Positions 28,602-39,572 of a DNA stretch of 64,000 bases are shown here, in pieces (within the stretch, counting starts at the first letter, position 1; each line of letters starts with the position of its first letter). The translations under genes were made by a program, and so were the position numbers. A model generated the notes under the pieces. The model saw nothing but the letters and a program-made list of their open reading frames with translations, was not told the origin of the DNA and made no database searches. The DNA is from an uncultured Methanosarcinales archaeon (GTDB lineage: Archaea > Nanobdellota > Nanobdellia > Woesearchaeales > GW2011-AR15), in contig CAYRXW010000005.1 of assembly GCA_964428335.1 (NCBI GenBank), forward strand, positions 79,481 through 143,480. Direction: 5' to 3'.

Positions 28602-30552
28602 ACTTCAATATAAAGCATTCCCTGAAGTCCTTTACTTTTGTGAATTTTGAAAGCATCTCTTTTAATTCATCGACATTCATCTTTGGATCTTTCTTTAAGG
28701 TATATGAAAGCTGCAGGAACTCTATTTTTGAGAACATTGAAAATTTTGAGAGCTGGGAGAATATGAACTTATCTGACAGCTTATACTTGTCTTTCTTTTC
28801 AATGTAGCCAAGCTTTTCTAAGCTTGTGATTTCTGAGTTTATTGCCAATGGAAGTCCTTTTTTTATTAAATCCTGTAGGACAAATTCCTTTAGCACAAAG
28901 GCAGCATGGAGTATGTTTATCTGCACCTGTGTCAGCTCATCCATCTTTGGAAGCTTCTTTACTGAATAAGATTCAATATCAGTTATTATGCTTCCTTCAA
29001 TTGATTCTACAAGAAGGTTAAATTCCCCGCTCTTGTCTTCGCATAAGAACATGAATCCTGGTAAGAGTGTTTCATCAATCCTTGAATCACCATGTATCAG
29101 CTTTAGGTCTTTTAGTGTTATCTTAGGCCTTATTATTGGGAGCATCTCCATATTTTCAAATTCATTCACTTCGCTCATAAATTCCTTATCTGGTATTATG
29201 TCCTGTGCGTGCCCTCCGTGCCTTGTCATCCTTGGCCTTATGTTTACAAACAATGGAATATCTGTAATGCCTGTAACAAGGGCTGTCCCAATCGAGAGAT
29301 TTTTTATCTCTTCCTCTGATTCTGCAGTTATGCCTTCAACGCTTGATGATATTGCCTTTAGGTCATTTGGATTTGTTACCTTCAATATTATCTGGGTTGT
29401 GCACTGGCTTAGTACTGATTTATCTACCCTTGCTGGCCTTTGGCTTATTACACATAGACCAAGGCCAAATTTCCTCCCTTCTGATGCTATTGTCCTAAGC
29501 ACTTTTGAGCATCTTGTCTCTCCAAAACTACGTTCAGGGCAATAATTATGCGCTTCCTCAAGTATTGTGAAAAAAGGTGGTATTTTTTCCTTTTTTCTTA
29601 ATTCAAATAGGTCTTTCATCAGCTTATATACTATTATCTCCTGCACATCCGGAGGTATGCCTTTTAGGTTAATCACTGTGCATTTTCCAGGATGAATGAA
29701 TTCATTATAGGGAACTGATGCATCTGAGAATATTTCCATGTTCTTCAGGTGCTCCAGATTGTTTATTATTGTCCATTTCGAATTATTTTCTTCTGCATCC
29801 AGGGCATATAGGACATCAGCAAAGCTGACTTTGTCCATGTTTTTTAATGCCGCATATAAAATCCCCATCTGAGTATTTGATAATTTTCCAGGTATTAATT
29901 GTGTTATCTCTGCAGCGCTAAGAGAGCTTTCTATCCTAAGCGGCCTTACTCCCTGTATTAATTTTGTATCTCCGTATTCCTGGAGATTTTTTATTCCCTT
30001 TGGGACCAAGGAATATTTCTTCAGCTGATCTGCCTCTTCTTCATTCGCATATTTCATTGAAGAGTATTCCCCATGCGGGTCTATAACTATTACAGGGACT
30101 TTCCTTTCAGTTATCTCCTCAATAAGAACACCTACAGCATATGATTTTCCTGCGCCTGATTTTGCAAGTACTGCTACGTGCTTTGTAAGCAATTTTTCCA
30201 AATCAAGCAGGATATCAATATCCTTCCCTTCTAGCTTTCCTATAAATGCGCTTTTTTTTGATTTCTCAAGCTTTATTATGTCCCTGATGAAGGAATCTTC
30301 AGCAATCAACACTTCTGTTCCCTGGTCAAATGGTATCCTTATCGGCTTTATCCTTTCTTTTTCATCCTTATAGCCTATTACTATGCATTTTGCAATATCT
30401 TTATCTGTCCTTTCTATCTCCAGAATCTGGCATAATACATAGCCATACACCTTATGCATGACCTGGACAAATTCAAATTTTCTTGCTTCCTTATCAAGAA
30501 GAAACTGGAAATTATTAGAGGTGATTTTCCCAAATATCTTTCCAAGTATCAT
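28585..30552 (-). CDS. HerA-like DUF87 ATPase (655 aa)
   Basis: Walker A LAKSGAGKSYAV, IVIDPHGEY, and HerA/FtsK-like core motifs. Confidence 0.65.
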   Translation of the reverse strand: MILGKIFGKITSNNFQFLLDKEARKFEFVQVMHKVYGYVLCQILEIERTDKDIAKCIVIGYKDEKERIKPIRIPFDQGTEVLIAEDSFIRDIIKLEKSKKSAFIGKLEGKDIDILLDLEKLLTKHVAVLAKSGAGKSYAVGVLIEEITERKVPVIVIDPHGEYSSMKYANEEEADQLKKYSLVPKGIKNLQEYGDTKLIQGVRPLRIESSLSAAEITQLIPGKLSNTQMGILYAALKNMDKVSFADVLYALDAEENNSKWTIINNLEHLKNMEIFSDASVPYNEFIHPGKCTVINLKGIPPDVQEIIVYKLMKDLFELRKKEKIPPFFTILEEAHNYCPERSFGETRCSKVLRTIASEGRKFGLGLCVISQRPARVDKSVLSQCTTQIILKVTNPNDLKAISSSVEGITAESEEEIKNLSIGTALVTGITDIPLFVNIRPRMTRHGGHAQDIIPDKEFMSEVNEFENMEMLPIIRPKITLKDLKLIHGDSRIDETLLPGFMFLCEDKSGEFNLLVESIEGSIITDIESYSVKKLPKMDELTQVQINILHAAFVLKEFVLQDLIKKGLPLAINSEITSLEKLGYIEKKDKYKLSDKFIFSQLSKFSMFSKIEFLQLSYTLKKDPKMNVDELKEMLSKFTKVKDFRECFILKYEIQG

Positions 30553-30575
30553 AAGGCAGTAAAAAAGAACTTCGT

Positions 30576-31790
30576 TTAAAATTGTTTTGCTATCAGTTTA
30601 TCATATATAGATATTACGTCAGAAATTGTTTTTTTTTCTAAGAATTTCTTCTCCAGTATCTTTACCATCTTTTCCTTATCTATATTTAGCTTTCCCTCTG
30701 TGACGTTTTTAAGCGTGTTTGTTAATCCTTCAATGTCTCCTGGCTCAAACAAGAATCCTGTAACCCTGTCTTCTATTATATCTGTGATCCCTCCTATTTC
30801 TGACGCAATCACTGTCTTTTTCAGCAAGCATGATTCCATTGCAACTCTTCCGAATGCCTCACCGACAAATGAAGGGAAAAGCACTATATCATGCTCCATG
30901 ATTATTTTTTTTATCTCACTATGGGAAACTCTTGCATTTATCTTTACTTTTTTCCCTGCATTTTCCCTAAGAAACCCTTCTAGATTGCCCTCACCATAAA
31001 AGCTTGCCTCAAGATTAAGGGAAGTTATGGCTCTAAGTGCCAAATCTGCTCCTTTTGCTTTTGTGTAATCTCCCAGATACAATACTTTATTTTTCCTGGC
31101 CTTGATTCTGCTATCCTCTTTGGTTTTTTCCTCGAGATTATAGATTATCCTTATCTTGTTTTTTGGAATCCCATTTTCAAGCAGCTTTTTTTCCATGTAT
31201 GTGCTTATCGGCATGTAATAGTCAAACTTTTTCATGCATGATCTGTATGAATTATACCTAAATCTTAAAGGCACTAAAAAAAACGGCATCATGAACCCGC
31301 TCTGCTTTGTCTTTCCTATTATCTGTGAATTTAATGCACAGTCACAATAAGTCAATAAAGTGCATCTTTTATCGCAGGATACCTTGTCCTTATAGACCAA
31401 TGTGCCTTTAGGGCAGAAAGGAACAGGGCCATTGACATGCATAACAAACGGTTTAGCAATGCATTTTACTGCTGATATGCTTGATGTGTTCATGCAGTGG
31501 ATTATGTCAAAGTTTTCTTTTTTTTCCAGTTCAATTACTTTTTTCCTGAGGTTTTTTGAAAAAGAAATGCGTTTTATGTTCCCTGATACAGTTTTAGGGC
31601 TTCCTGTTTTTAGCAGCCTATGGATCTTTATCCCATCCATAAGCTCAAAGTAAGGTGTATTTCCTGTGGATGTAAGGACATGCATATCAATATTTTTTTT
31701 AACCAGTGATTTTGCAAGCAGGTGTGCGCTAATCTCCCCTCCTCCTATCCCTTCAGGAGGAAAATATTCTGATATCATGAGTACTTTCAT
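30576..31790 (-). CDS. glycosyltransferase family 4
   Basis: GT-B retaining-type EX7E region (GEAFGRVAMESC). N-terminal Glyco_trans_4-like. Confidence 0.75.
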   Translation of the reverse strand: MKVLMISEYFPPEGIGGGEISAHLLAKSLVKKNIDMHVLTSTGNTPYFELMDGIKIHRLLKTGSPKTVSGNIKRISFSKNLRKKVIELEKKENFDIIHCMNTSSISAVKCIAKPFVMHVNGPVPFCPKGTLVYKDKVSCDKRCTLLTYCDCALNSQIIGKTKQSGFMMPFFLVPLRFRYNSYRSCMKKFDYYMPISTYMEKKLLENGIPKNKIRIIYNLEEKTKEDSRIKARKNKVLYLGDYTKAKGADLALRAITSLNLEASFYGEGNLEGFLRENAGKKVKINARVSHSEIKKIIMEHDIVLFPSFVGEAFGRVAMESCLLKKTVIASEIGGITDIIEDRVTGFLFEPGDIEGLTNTLKNVTEGKLNIDKEKMVKILEKKFLEKKTISDVISIYDKLIAKQF

Positions 31791-32021
31791 ATCAATAAAG
31801 AGATGTCTGCTTATTTATTAAAATAGTGCAATCTGAATCATGCAACTAGAATAAAGCATATACAAATGGGCTTACTGCTGAACTTTGCTCAAATATTATC
31901 AATATCTAACCAGGATGAACATTATGAATAGTAATTTCATTTAAGGAATTACTAATTGTCATAGAAATTATAATTAATGTTAAACATGCGTACCTATAAT
32001 ATTAAGAATTTAGGCATGCTG

Positions 32022-33206
32022 CTATCGCTCTTTTTGTTTTCTAAGTGTTGATGAAATCTGCTTTGCAAGCGCAATATTTAATGGGGTCTTCGGATGCCCA
32101 TCCTTAAAATAAAACGTAGAATTATAAGGAAGATCATAAGTCATGACCTCTATTTTAGCCTTTTTTAACAGATCTATAAGATATCTATTGTTCCATTGGT
32201 TTATATCCTCGCTCGGATGGATAAGAACATAAAATGTACCATCAAACTGGCTTTCATAGATATCCCTGGATTTTTCTATTAGCTTATATGTCAAGTATAC
32301 GTGAGATTTTGATATTGGTGGCAAGCTGAGATAGTAATACTTCAATAAGTATGATTTCCCAAGCATCCGGTAAATAAAAGAAATAAATCTCCTTCCTGTC
32401 TCAAATGATTCTTCTCTTTTTACCGCACTTCCTGATAAATAATAATAAGGCATATCGTTTCCCCACTCATTAAATGTCCTCATGTCGCCAATGACTCTTT
32501 TTATATGGTCACTTATATAGACATAAATGGCAGCGACCGGTTGCATCTTGATCTCATTGCTGAATCCTTCTCTTTCAAGATTTGCGAGCATTCCCTGCGT
32601 GCCATAACCCTGGAATGCATAATTATATACATTAAGTTCTGCATCTCCAGATAAAAAATAGGCAAGAGTCTCATTGTCTTCAAGACCGTCTCCGAAAGCA
32701 TAAGAATCCCCAAATAAGATAATAGAAGGTTTACTGCCAAGATCGGGGCTAATCCTACGCCCAAAAGCATCTGTTGAAATAGTGCTGTTGTACTCATTTG
32801 TCCTGTAAATTGTGGAAGAGTTTGGCCTTGCAAAGTATCCGAGTTCCCAGCTATGAACATAGAAATCTGTCCTTGGAAACTCAGTTTCCGGCATAAACCT
32901 GGCAGAGACCCTTGCATTATTATCCCCTAGCAGGATCAAGCAATAAAAAATAGACTCAATTATTGTTATGGTCAAAACAAACGAACAAAGCATCAGGAAT
33001 ATACCTGTCATTGTTCTATTAAAAAAATTTAATTTTGAAAATAAAAAAGCAACTAAGCCTAGAATTATCATGGCAATAGCTAGATAGATGAGAGACCCTG
33101 CAGTTACAGGCATTATGTTATTAAATACCAGAACTGATAAAGATAAAAATATACCTACAGATATAATGGCGACTGCCAATACGTTAATTATCTTTCTAGT
33201 ATTCAT
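32022..33206 (-). CDS. membrane-anchored SGNH/GDSL-like hydrolase (possible glycan O-acetylation or esterase function)
   Basis: Three N-terminal TM helices, then IILFGDSYAFGDGL (GDS block I). Confidence 0.45.
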   Translation of the reverse strand: MNTRKIINVLAVAIISVGIFLSLSVLVFNNIMPVTAGSLIYLAIAMIILGLVAFLFSKLNFFNRTMTGIFLMLCSFVLTITIIESIFYCLILLGDNNARVSARFMPETEFPRTDFYVHSWELGYFARPNSSTIYRTNEYNSTISTDAFGRRISPDLGSKPSIILFGDSYAFGDGLEDNETLAYFLSGDAELNVYNYAFQGYGTQGMLANLEREGFSNEIKMQPVAAIYVYISDHIKRVIGDMRTFNEWGNDMPYYYLSGSAVKREESFETGRRFISFIYRMLGKSYLLKYYYLSLPPISKSHVYLTYKLIEKSRDIYESQFDGTFYVLIHPSEDINQWNNRYLIDLLKKAKIEVMTYDLPYNSTFYFKDGHPKTPLNIALAKQISSTLRKQKER

Positions 33207-33295
33207 GTCCGCATCCTCCCTCTTTTGAGAAAGGTGGAAAATATTCTGATATCATGAGTACTTTCATAAACATAAGGAAAATCAGGTGCTATTTA

Positions 33296-33463
33296 TTAAA
33301 ATAATGCATATACAAAAGGAGATACTGCAGAACTTTGGGCAAATATTATCAAAATACCCACTAAAAGAAGCATGATTATTATAGGGGCCATCCACCATAT
33401 CTTATTCTCCCACATGTAAGCGAGAAACTCGTGAAACAGGGATTTGTTTTTTGATTTTGGCAT
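33296..33463 (-). CDS. small membrane protein downstream of the carbamoyltransferase (DUF5989-like)
   Basis: MPKSKNKSLFHEFLAYMWENKIWWMAPIIIMLLLVGILIIF; single TM helix. Confidence 0.4.
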   Translation of the reverse strand: MPKSKNKSLFHEFLAYMWENKIWWMAPIIIMLLLVGILIIFAQSSAVSPFVYALF

Positions 33464-33509
33464 TTTTTCATTTAAAATGTAAAAGTGTTTAATAAATTTA
33501 ATTATTTTT

Positions 33510-35264
33510 TTAATCCTCTGCACTTGCTTCGCTGTCCCACATATCATCTGGATTATCTTCTCTTTTTACCAGATACGGGCCGATGACAAGATAATCAATG
33601 CCTGTGCCCATCATGCATTTGTATGCATCCTGCGGCGTGCAGACTATAGGCTCTCCCCTGATATTAAAAGAAGTATTTATCAAAATAGGTATGCCTGTCT
33701 TTTCTCCGAATTTTTTTATCAGGTCATAGTACAATGGATTCTGCTCCCTTCTTACTGTCTGCAGCCTTCCAGAGCCATCTACATGTGTCACAGCAGGTAT
33801 CTTCTCATGCCATTCTTTTTTTATAGGATATACCATGAGCATATAGTCTGTTGCTTCAGGAACTGGTGTATCGCATTCAAAATAGGTTAATGCATCATCC
33901 TCGCATACAACCGGCGCAAACGGCCTGAATTTTTCCCTGTGCTTCACTTTCAGGTTTAAGATATCCTGCATCTCCTTGTTTGAGGCATTTGATAGTATGC
34001 TCCTGTTTCCTAGTGCTCTTGGGCCCCATTCCATCCTTCCCTGGAACCATCCTATGACATTATCCTTGGCCAGAAGCAAAGCTACCTTATTTACAAGCTC
34101 CTCATCTGTAGAAAATGTGCTGTAAACTATTTTATTCTTATCCAAGAATTCCATTACCTCTTCATTTGCATACCCTGGGCCAAGGTATGCGTCTTTCATT
34201 ATATAATTTCTTTTGTTCCCTAAAATAGTGTTATATATGTAAGAGCATGCCCCGATGCTTGTACCACCGTCAGATGCATTTGGCTGGATCCATATCCTTT
34301 TAAAGCCTGTATTCCTGAGTATCTTTCCATTATAGACACTATTTAATGCAACCCCTCCAGCCAGAACAATGTTTTCCTGGCCTGTCTCTTTTTTTACATG
34401 CAAAAGTATCTTCGTCATTATCTCTTCTGTAATCAGCTGGAGAGCTGCTGCAATGTCCTTATGCCTCTTTTCTACTTTTGATTCTTTTTTCCTCTGTTCC
34501 CCTAAAAGCACAGAAAGCTTTCCTGAAGGCATCCTGTCTGCATAGTGGAACTTGAAATAAGACATGTCCAGCTTGAAGCTTCCGTCGTCTTTTACATCTA
34601 TTATCTTTTTCAGGAGATGGTAATACCTATTCGTATTCTTGTCCATGTTACCATAAGGAGATAGACCCATGACCTTGTATTCAGAATTATTCACGCTAAA
34701 GCCTAGGAATGCTGTTATTGTGCTGTAAAGTAGGCCCAATGAATGCGGGAATTTTATCTCCTTAAGTAAAGTGATGTCATTATTTTCTCCATGCCCATAT
34801 GCCAAAGTTGTCCATTCACCTACTCCATCAACTGTGAGTATGGCTGATTTTTCAAAAGGGCTCACTAAAAAAGATGAAGCTGCATGAGCCATATGATGAG
34901 GTATGAAAAGTATATCCTTGTCATAGCCTATTTTTCTTAGCATAGAAACAACACGCAACTTCTCATTTAGCCATGAAGGGGTTGAACTTAAGAAAACCTT
35001 CAGGCTTAACGGAAAAGAATGAAGGTGCTGTGACATAAGCCTTTCAAATTTCAATATAGGCTTTTCATAAAACCCTATGTAATCTATTTCAGTTATCTTG
35101 AGGTTATTTGAATTCAGGCAAAAATCTATTGCGTTTTTTGGAAATGAATTATCATGCTTTTTCCTTGTGAATCTCTCTTCTTCAGCTGCGCTTACTATTT
35201 TGCCATCTATCAAAAGCGCGGCACTTGAATCATGATAATAGCAACTTATTCCAAGTATTTTCAT
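33510..35264 (-). CDS. carbamoyltransferase (NodU/CmcH family)
   Basis: N-terminal MKILGISCYYHDSSAALLIDGKIVSAAEEERFTRKKHD is the hallmark of this family. 584 aa. Confidence 0.85.
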   Translation of the reverse strand: MKILGISCYYHDSSAALLIDGKIVSAAEEERFTRKKHDNSFPKNAIDFCLNSNNLKITEIDYIGFYEKPILKFERLMSQHLHSFPLSLKVFLSSTPSWLNEKLRVVSMLRKIGYDKDILFIPHHMAHAASSFLVSPFEKSAILTVDGVGEWTTLAYGHGENNDITLLKEIKFPHSLGLLYSTITAFLGFSVNNSEYKVMGLSPYGNMDKNTNRYYHLLKKIIDVKDDGSFKLDMSYFKFHYADRMPSGKLSVLLGEQRKKESKVEKRHKDIAAALQLITEEIMTKILLHVKKETGQENIVLAGGVALNSVYNGKILRNTGFKRIWIQPNASDGGTSIGACSYIYNTILGNKRNYIMKDAYLGPGYANEEVMEFLDKNKIVYSTFSTDEELVNKVALLLAKDNVIGWFQGRMEWGPRALGNRSILSNASNKEMQDILNLKVKHREKFRPFAPVVCEDDALTYFECDTPVPEATDYMLMVYPIKKEWHEKIPAVTHVDGSGRLQTVRREQNPLYYDLIKKFGEKTGIPILINTSFNIRGEPIVCTPQDAYKCMMGTGIDYLVIGPYLVKREDNPDDMWDSEASAED

Positions 35265-35289
35265 TTTTGTTATTCTGTCTCTTTCATTT

Positions 35290-35514
35290 TTAATACTGCT
35301 TCAAGTACTCATCATATTCTTTTTTCCATAGGTTCAAGTCTTCAAAATAACTTTCATCATACTTCTTCATACTAATGAATTTTTTACCTGATAACTTCAT
35401 TATTAGAGAGGTCAGACCTACTGCTATTATGTAAACAAGAAATAAAAGAATTGAATTTACTAGGATTGAGATGTTCTCTCCCTGCTCCTTAAATCCTCTG
35501 AAGAACTGGTTCAT
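35290..35514 (-). CDS. small hypothetical membrane protein
   Basis: Internal Met start (MNQFF...) followed by a TM helix. It competes with an overlapping 72-aa ORF. Confidence 0.25.
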   Translation of the reverse strand: MNQFFRGFKEQGENISILVNSILLFLVYIIAVGLTSLIMKLSGKKFISMKKYDESYFEDLNLWKKEYDEYLKQY

Positions 35515-35676
35515 CCAAGCCACCTTCTTAGAAGCATACCGCTTGATGACACAAGAAAGGTTATCAGGATTACAATATAAACTGGCTTTTCCCTGCCTGT
35601 AATCATCAATATAAAAAATAATACTGAAGTAAATACCATGTAAGAGGTAAGATATCCTAAGCAAAAAAGGACCTTA

Positions 35677-36612
35677 TCAATTAAGGCTTTTCTTGAAATA
35701 TGCAATTGTTTTTTTGAGCCCATCTTCAAATTTCACTCTTGGTTCCCAGTTCAAAAATTCGCGCGCTTTTGAGATATCTGGTCTTCTTTTTGTAGGGTCG
35801 TCTTTTGGGAGAGGCATGAATGCTATTTTTGATTTTGACCTTGTCTGCCTTATTATCAGCTTAGCTGTATCTAGAACCGTGCGCTCTATCGGGTTTCCAA
35901 GGTTTTTTGGACCTATCTCTTTTGAATTCATCATCCTTATTAGGCCATCTACCATGTCATCAACATAGCAGAAAGATCTTGTCTGGCTTCCATCACCATA
36001 TATGGTTATAGGTTTATTTTGCAATGCCTGTGTTATGAAATTAGGTATTACACGTCCGTCATCTAGCCTCATCCTTGGCCCATATGTGTTAAATATCCTT
36101 ACAATCTTAATATTGGCATTATATTCTCTATGGTATGCCATTAAAAGAGCTTCTCCAAACCTTTTTGATTCATCGTAGCAGCTTCTTATTCCAACCGGAT
36201 TTACATTTCCCCAGTAGCTTTCTTTCTGCGGATGTTCCTTTGGCTCCCCATATGCTTCACTTGTAGAAGTAAAAAGCATCCTTGCATTCTTTGCCAACGC
36301 CAGTCTAATCATCTGGTCAGTACCAACTGAATTTGAAAGAGCTGTTTCAACTGGGTATTCCTGGTAATCTATCGGACTTGCCCTGGATGCCAGATGATAT
36401 ATCTGGTCCAGTTTTCCTTCGATAAGCTGCAGTGGCTCTATTATGTTATGCTTGATGAACCTAAATCTCCTGCTTTTCATCATAAAAGAGATGTTTTCCA
36501 GCTTTCCTGAGCCTAGATTATCTACGCAGGTTACATGGTTTCCTTCTTTTAGTAGCCTTTCACATAGATGGCTACCTATGAACCCTGCTCCACCGGTGAC
36601 TAATATCCTCAT
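35677..36612 (-). CDS. NAD-dependent epimerase/dehydratase, probable UDP-glucuronate decarboxylase (UXS-like)
   Basis: VTGGAGFIGSHL Rossmann motif. 311 aa, with a UXS-like layout. Confidence 0.7.
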   Translation of the reverse strand: MRILVTGGAGFIGSHLCERLLKEGNHVTCVDNLGSGKLENISFMMKSRRFRFIKHNIIEPLQLIEGKLDQIYHLASRASPIDYQEYPVETALSNSVGTDQMIRLALAKNARMLFTSTSEAYGEPKEHPQKESYWGNVNPVGIRSCYDESKRFGEALLMAYHREYNANIKIVRIFNTYGPRMRLDDGRVIPNFITQALQNKPITIYGDGSQTRSFCYVDDMVDGLIRMMNSKEIGPKNLGNPIERTVLDTAKLIIRQTRSKSKIAFMPLPKDDPTKRRPDISKAREFLNWEPRVKFEDGLKKTIAYFKKSLN

Positions 36613-36699
36613 AAATAAGCTTGAAAAGAAATTCTTTTATAAATATAGCTGAAGTATAGTTTCATCACCTTTAAATATATATAAAAATCCTTTTTTTGG

Positions 36700-37176
36700 A
36701 TGGCTAAATTGATTTCTATTAAAGAACTGCCAGGCCTAGTTGAAAAACTAAGAGAAAATAAGAAGAAAATCTCTACAACAAATGGCGCTTTTGACCTATT
36801 CCATTCAGGACATTTAAGAAGCCTTGTGTTTGCCAAATCTTTTGCGGATATACTGATTGTCGGGCTGAACAGCGATAAATCTATTAAGGAATATAAAAGC
36901 AAGGACAGGCCGATAATACCGCAGAACCAGAGGGCAGAAATACTCTGCGCAATATCTTATGTTGACTATGTTGTGATTTTTGAGGATAAAACGCCATTGA
37001 AGTTCCTTGAAATTGTAAAACCGGATTTTCATATAAAAGGGATGGAATATAAAGGAAATATGATTGAAGAAGAACTTATTAAAAAAAATAAGGGCATAAT
37101 TAAATTCATAAAAAGGGATGGTGTATCAACAACAAATATCATTAATAAGATACTAGGTGAAAAGAATGAAAAATAA
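36700..37176 (+). CDS. D-glycero-beta-D-manno-heptose 1-phosphate adenylyltransferase (HldE domain II-like, stand-alone)
   Basis: [12 protein letters not shown] (HxGH cytidylyltransferase-fold motif). 158 aa. Overlaps the next gene by 20 nt. Confidence 0.7.
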   Translation: MAKLISIKELPGLVEKLRENKKKISTTNGAFDLFHSGHLRSLVFAKSFADILIVGLNSDKSIKEYKSKDRPIIPQNQRAEILCAISYVDYVVIFEDKTPLKFLEIVKPDFHIKGMEYKGNMIEEELIKKNKGIIKFIKRDGVSTTNIINKILGEKNEK

Positions 37177-38689
37177 GATTGATGATTTCTCAAAGAAAAC
37201 TGTTTTGGTCATTGGGGATTTGATGATTGATAGGTATGTCTATGGTGTTTCCACAAGAATAAGCCCAGAGGCACCTGTACCTATTGTAAAAATTACAAAT
37301 GAAGAGAATATACTTGGTGGAGCTGCAAATGCTGCAAATAATGTTGCATCACTTGGTGGAAAAGCAATGCTTTATGGAGTACTAGGAGATGATTCAGATT
37401 CAGTTGTTTTTGAAAAACTATGCAGGGAAAAGAATATAACCGGATTTTTCCTAAAAGATAGTGCCAGACCAACCACTGTAAAAAAAAGAGTTATTTCAGG
37501 AAATAATTACCAGCTTTTAAGGATGGATTTTGAAAAGACAAATACTATACCTGATGATTTTCAGAAGAAAATATTAAATGAATTCAAGAAGAATTTAAGG
37601 AATATTGACTGCGTTATTTTAAGTGATTATGACAAAGGTGTTTTAACACCCTGGCTTTCAAACCATATCATAATGCTTGCAAAGAGTAAAAACATACCTG
37701 TGATTGTGGATTGTAAGCCAAATAAGGTGAATTCTTTCAAGAACTGCTTTTTGATAACCCCTAATTTGAAGGAAGCAATTGAGATGACTGGTATAAGCCA
37801 GGATATTGTTGAGATGGGAAAGAAGCTTGTCAAGATGCTGAATTCCAATGTCTTCATAACAAGAGGCTCAGAAGGCATTTCTGTGTTTGACAGGAAAGGG
37901 AACCATAGCCACATCCCACCAGTAAAAATTACAAAGCTTTTTGATGTCACTGGAGCTGGGGATACTGTCATTGCAGCAAGCTCATTATGCATCGTATCAG
38001 GTATGGATCTGATTGAGAGCGCAAAGACTGCTAATTATGCTGCCGGACTTGTTGTGCAAAAACCTGGCACTTCTACTATCACAATAAAAGAGCTAAAAGG
38101 CGCACTGGCTGAAGAAATAAGCCATTACCTGAAGGAAAGCATTGAAGTCAAACAGAAAGTGATTGAAGGACAGATAGATAAGATTGAGAAGGCTGCGCAT
38201 GCATTTATCCATGCATACAAGAAAGGGAATAAGGTCATTGCATTTGGAAACGGGGGAAGCGCTTCAGACGCCCAGCATCTGGTCGGAGAATTGGTAGGAA
38301 GATTCAAATTAGAAAGAAAGGGACTGCCTGCAATTGCACTCACAACAGATTCAAGTGTTGTTACGGCTATAGCAAATGACTATGGTTATGATGAGGTTTT
38401 CAGAAGGCAGGTTGAAGCAAATGCCAATAAAGGCGATGTTATTGTTGCGATTTCTACAAGCGGGAATTCGCAAAATGTAATTAATGCAATAACTGAAGCC
38501 AAGAAAATAGGTTGCACTGTAATTGGGCTTATTGGAAAAAACGGAGGAAAAATGGCAGCTTTATGCGATATTCCAATAGTAATTCCTAGCGATAACACTC
38601 CAAGGATACAGGAAGCGCATATCTCAATAATCCACATACTCTGCGAGCTTCTAGATAAGGACCTTGGGAAAAACCAGGATAAAAAATAA
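37157..38689 (+). CDS. fusion: D-glycero-beta-D-manno-heptose 7-phosphate kinase (HldE domain I/HldA-like) + sedoheptulose-7-phosphate isomerase (GmhA, SIS domain)
   Basis: N-half aligns with E. coli HldE domain I ([15 protein letters not shown]...SPEAPVP...DVTGAGDTV). C-half aligns with GmhA ([34 protein letters not shown]). Confidence 0.85.
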   Translation: MKRMKNKIDDFSKKTVLVIGDLMIDRYVYGVSTRISPEAPVPIVKITNEENILGGAANAANNVASLGGKAMLYGVLGDDSDSVVFEKLCREKNITGFFLKDSARPTTVKKRVISGNNYQLLRMDFEKTNTIPDDFQKKILNEFKKNLRNIDCVILSDYDKGVLTPWLSNHIIMLAKSKNIPVIVDCKPNKVNSFKNCFLITPNLKEAIEMTGISQDIVEMGKKLVKMLNSNVFITRGSEGISVFDRKGNHSHIPPVKITKLFDVTGAGDTVIAASSLCIVSGMDLIESAKTANYAAGLVVQKPGTSTITIKELKGALAEEISHYLKESIEVKQKVIEGQIDKIEKAAHAFIHAYKKGNKVIAFGNGGSASDAQHLVGELVGRFKLERKGLPAIALTTDSSVVTAIANDYGYDEVFRRQVEANANKGDVIVAISTSGNSQNVINAITEAKKIGCTVIGLIGKNGGKMAALCDIPIVIPSDNTPRIQEAHISIIHILCELLDKDLGKNQDKK

Positions 38690-38721
38690 ATTTATTTTTT
38701 ATAAATAAATCTGAATAAGTA

Positions 38722-39396
38722 TTATACAAGGGATGGATCTTTGCAACATCTAAAACCATCATCCACCACTGTTGTATTGCTAGGATGAAAATGAATTGAA
38801 TAACAATCATTTGAATAAACTAAAAAATCCCAAGTTCCATCAAAATATTGAATATTGTGTGTATTAATATTTAATGCTCCTCCTCTTAATATTTTCTGGC
38901 CATTGACCTCACCATCTACCCATTCAGCCACATTGCCGCTCATATCATAAACTCCACTTTCAGTTTTGCAATTTGGCGAATTTCCTGACTTATCTGATGC
39001 TTCTAATGTGAAATTAGCATAATAAGTATTGCATTTATCTTGGTCAAATATATTACCATATGGAAAACGATTATATGACCTCCCCTGACACGCTTTTTGC
39101 CATTCAATTTGCTTACAAAGCCTTTTACCTTCATTAATACATAATGATTTTGCTTGTGTCCAATCTACCTTAACCATTGGTTCACTACCTTCAATGTTTG
39201 GAAATTCAAATTTGTCTATACAATAATTATTCACATATTCTAAAACAGAATCATTCTCAAATAGTTGACCTGACAAATTCATTTCAAAATAACTACCCTT
39301 AATCAAAACCATATTTTCCGGGCAATTCTGCCTAGGTAACACCAAAATAGCCATACTAAAAAGTAGTAATACTGAAATCACTATTATTGGTCGCAT
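38722..39396 (-). CDS. formylglycine-generating enzyme (SUMF1/FGE-sulfatase) domain protein with signal peptide
   Basis: YDMSGNVAEWV, RGGAL and GFRCC motifs. Confidence 0.75.
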   Translation of the reverse strand: MRPIIVISVLLLFSMAILVLPRQNCPENMVLIKGSYFEMNLSGQLFENDSVLEYVNNYCIDKFEFPNIEGSEPMVKVDWTQAKSLCINEGKRLCKQIEWQKACQGRSYNRFPYGNIFDQDKCNTYYANFTLEASDKSGNSPNCKTESGVYDMSGNVAEWVDGEVNGQKILRGGALNINTHNIQYFDGTWDFLVYSNDCYSIHFHPSNTTVVDDGFRCCKDPSLV

Positions 39397-39572
39397 AATT
39401 TAATTCATTCTTACCACTATAAATATATTCTGATTTTATAATCGACGTGAAATCACCTTTGCGCACCAAACCGTTTAATATGATAAAAGAATGCTCAATA
39501 GTGCTAAATTTAGCATTAAATCATAATAATTCAGGCAAAAAATATAAACAAATTTCATTATTTCATTCCAAT

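Noticed and set aside
28988-29545. 185-aa plus-strand ORF inside the HerA-like gene
   Set aside because: Antisense shadow ORF within a well-supported minus-strand CDS. Low-complexity Ser/Leu-rich translation.
32513-32917. 134-aa minus-strand ORF inside the SGNH-like gene (other frame)
   Set aside because: Same-strand alternative frame entirely within a longer ORF that has TM helices and a GDS motif. Likely spurious.
35511-35729. 72-aa minus-strand ORF overlapping the UXS gene 3' end and the small membrane ORF
   Set aside because: It overlaps the start region of the epimerase gene and an alternative small ORF in another frame. There is no supporting motif.
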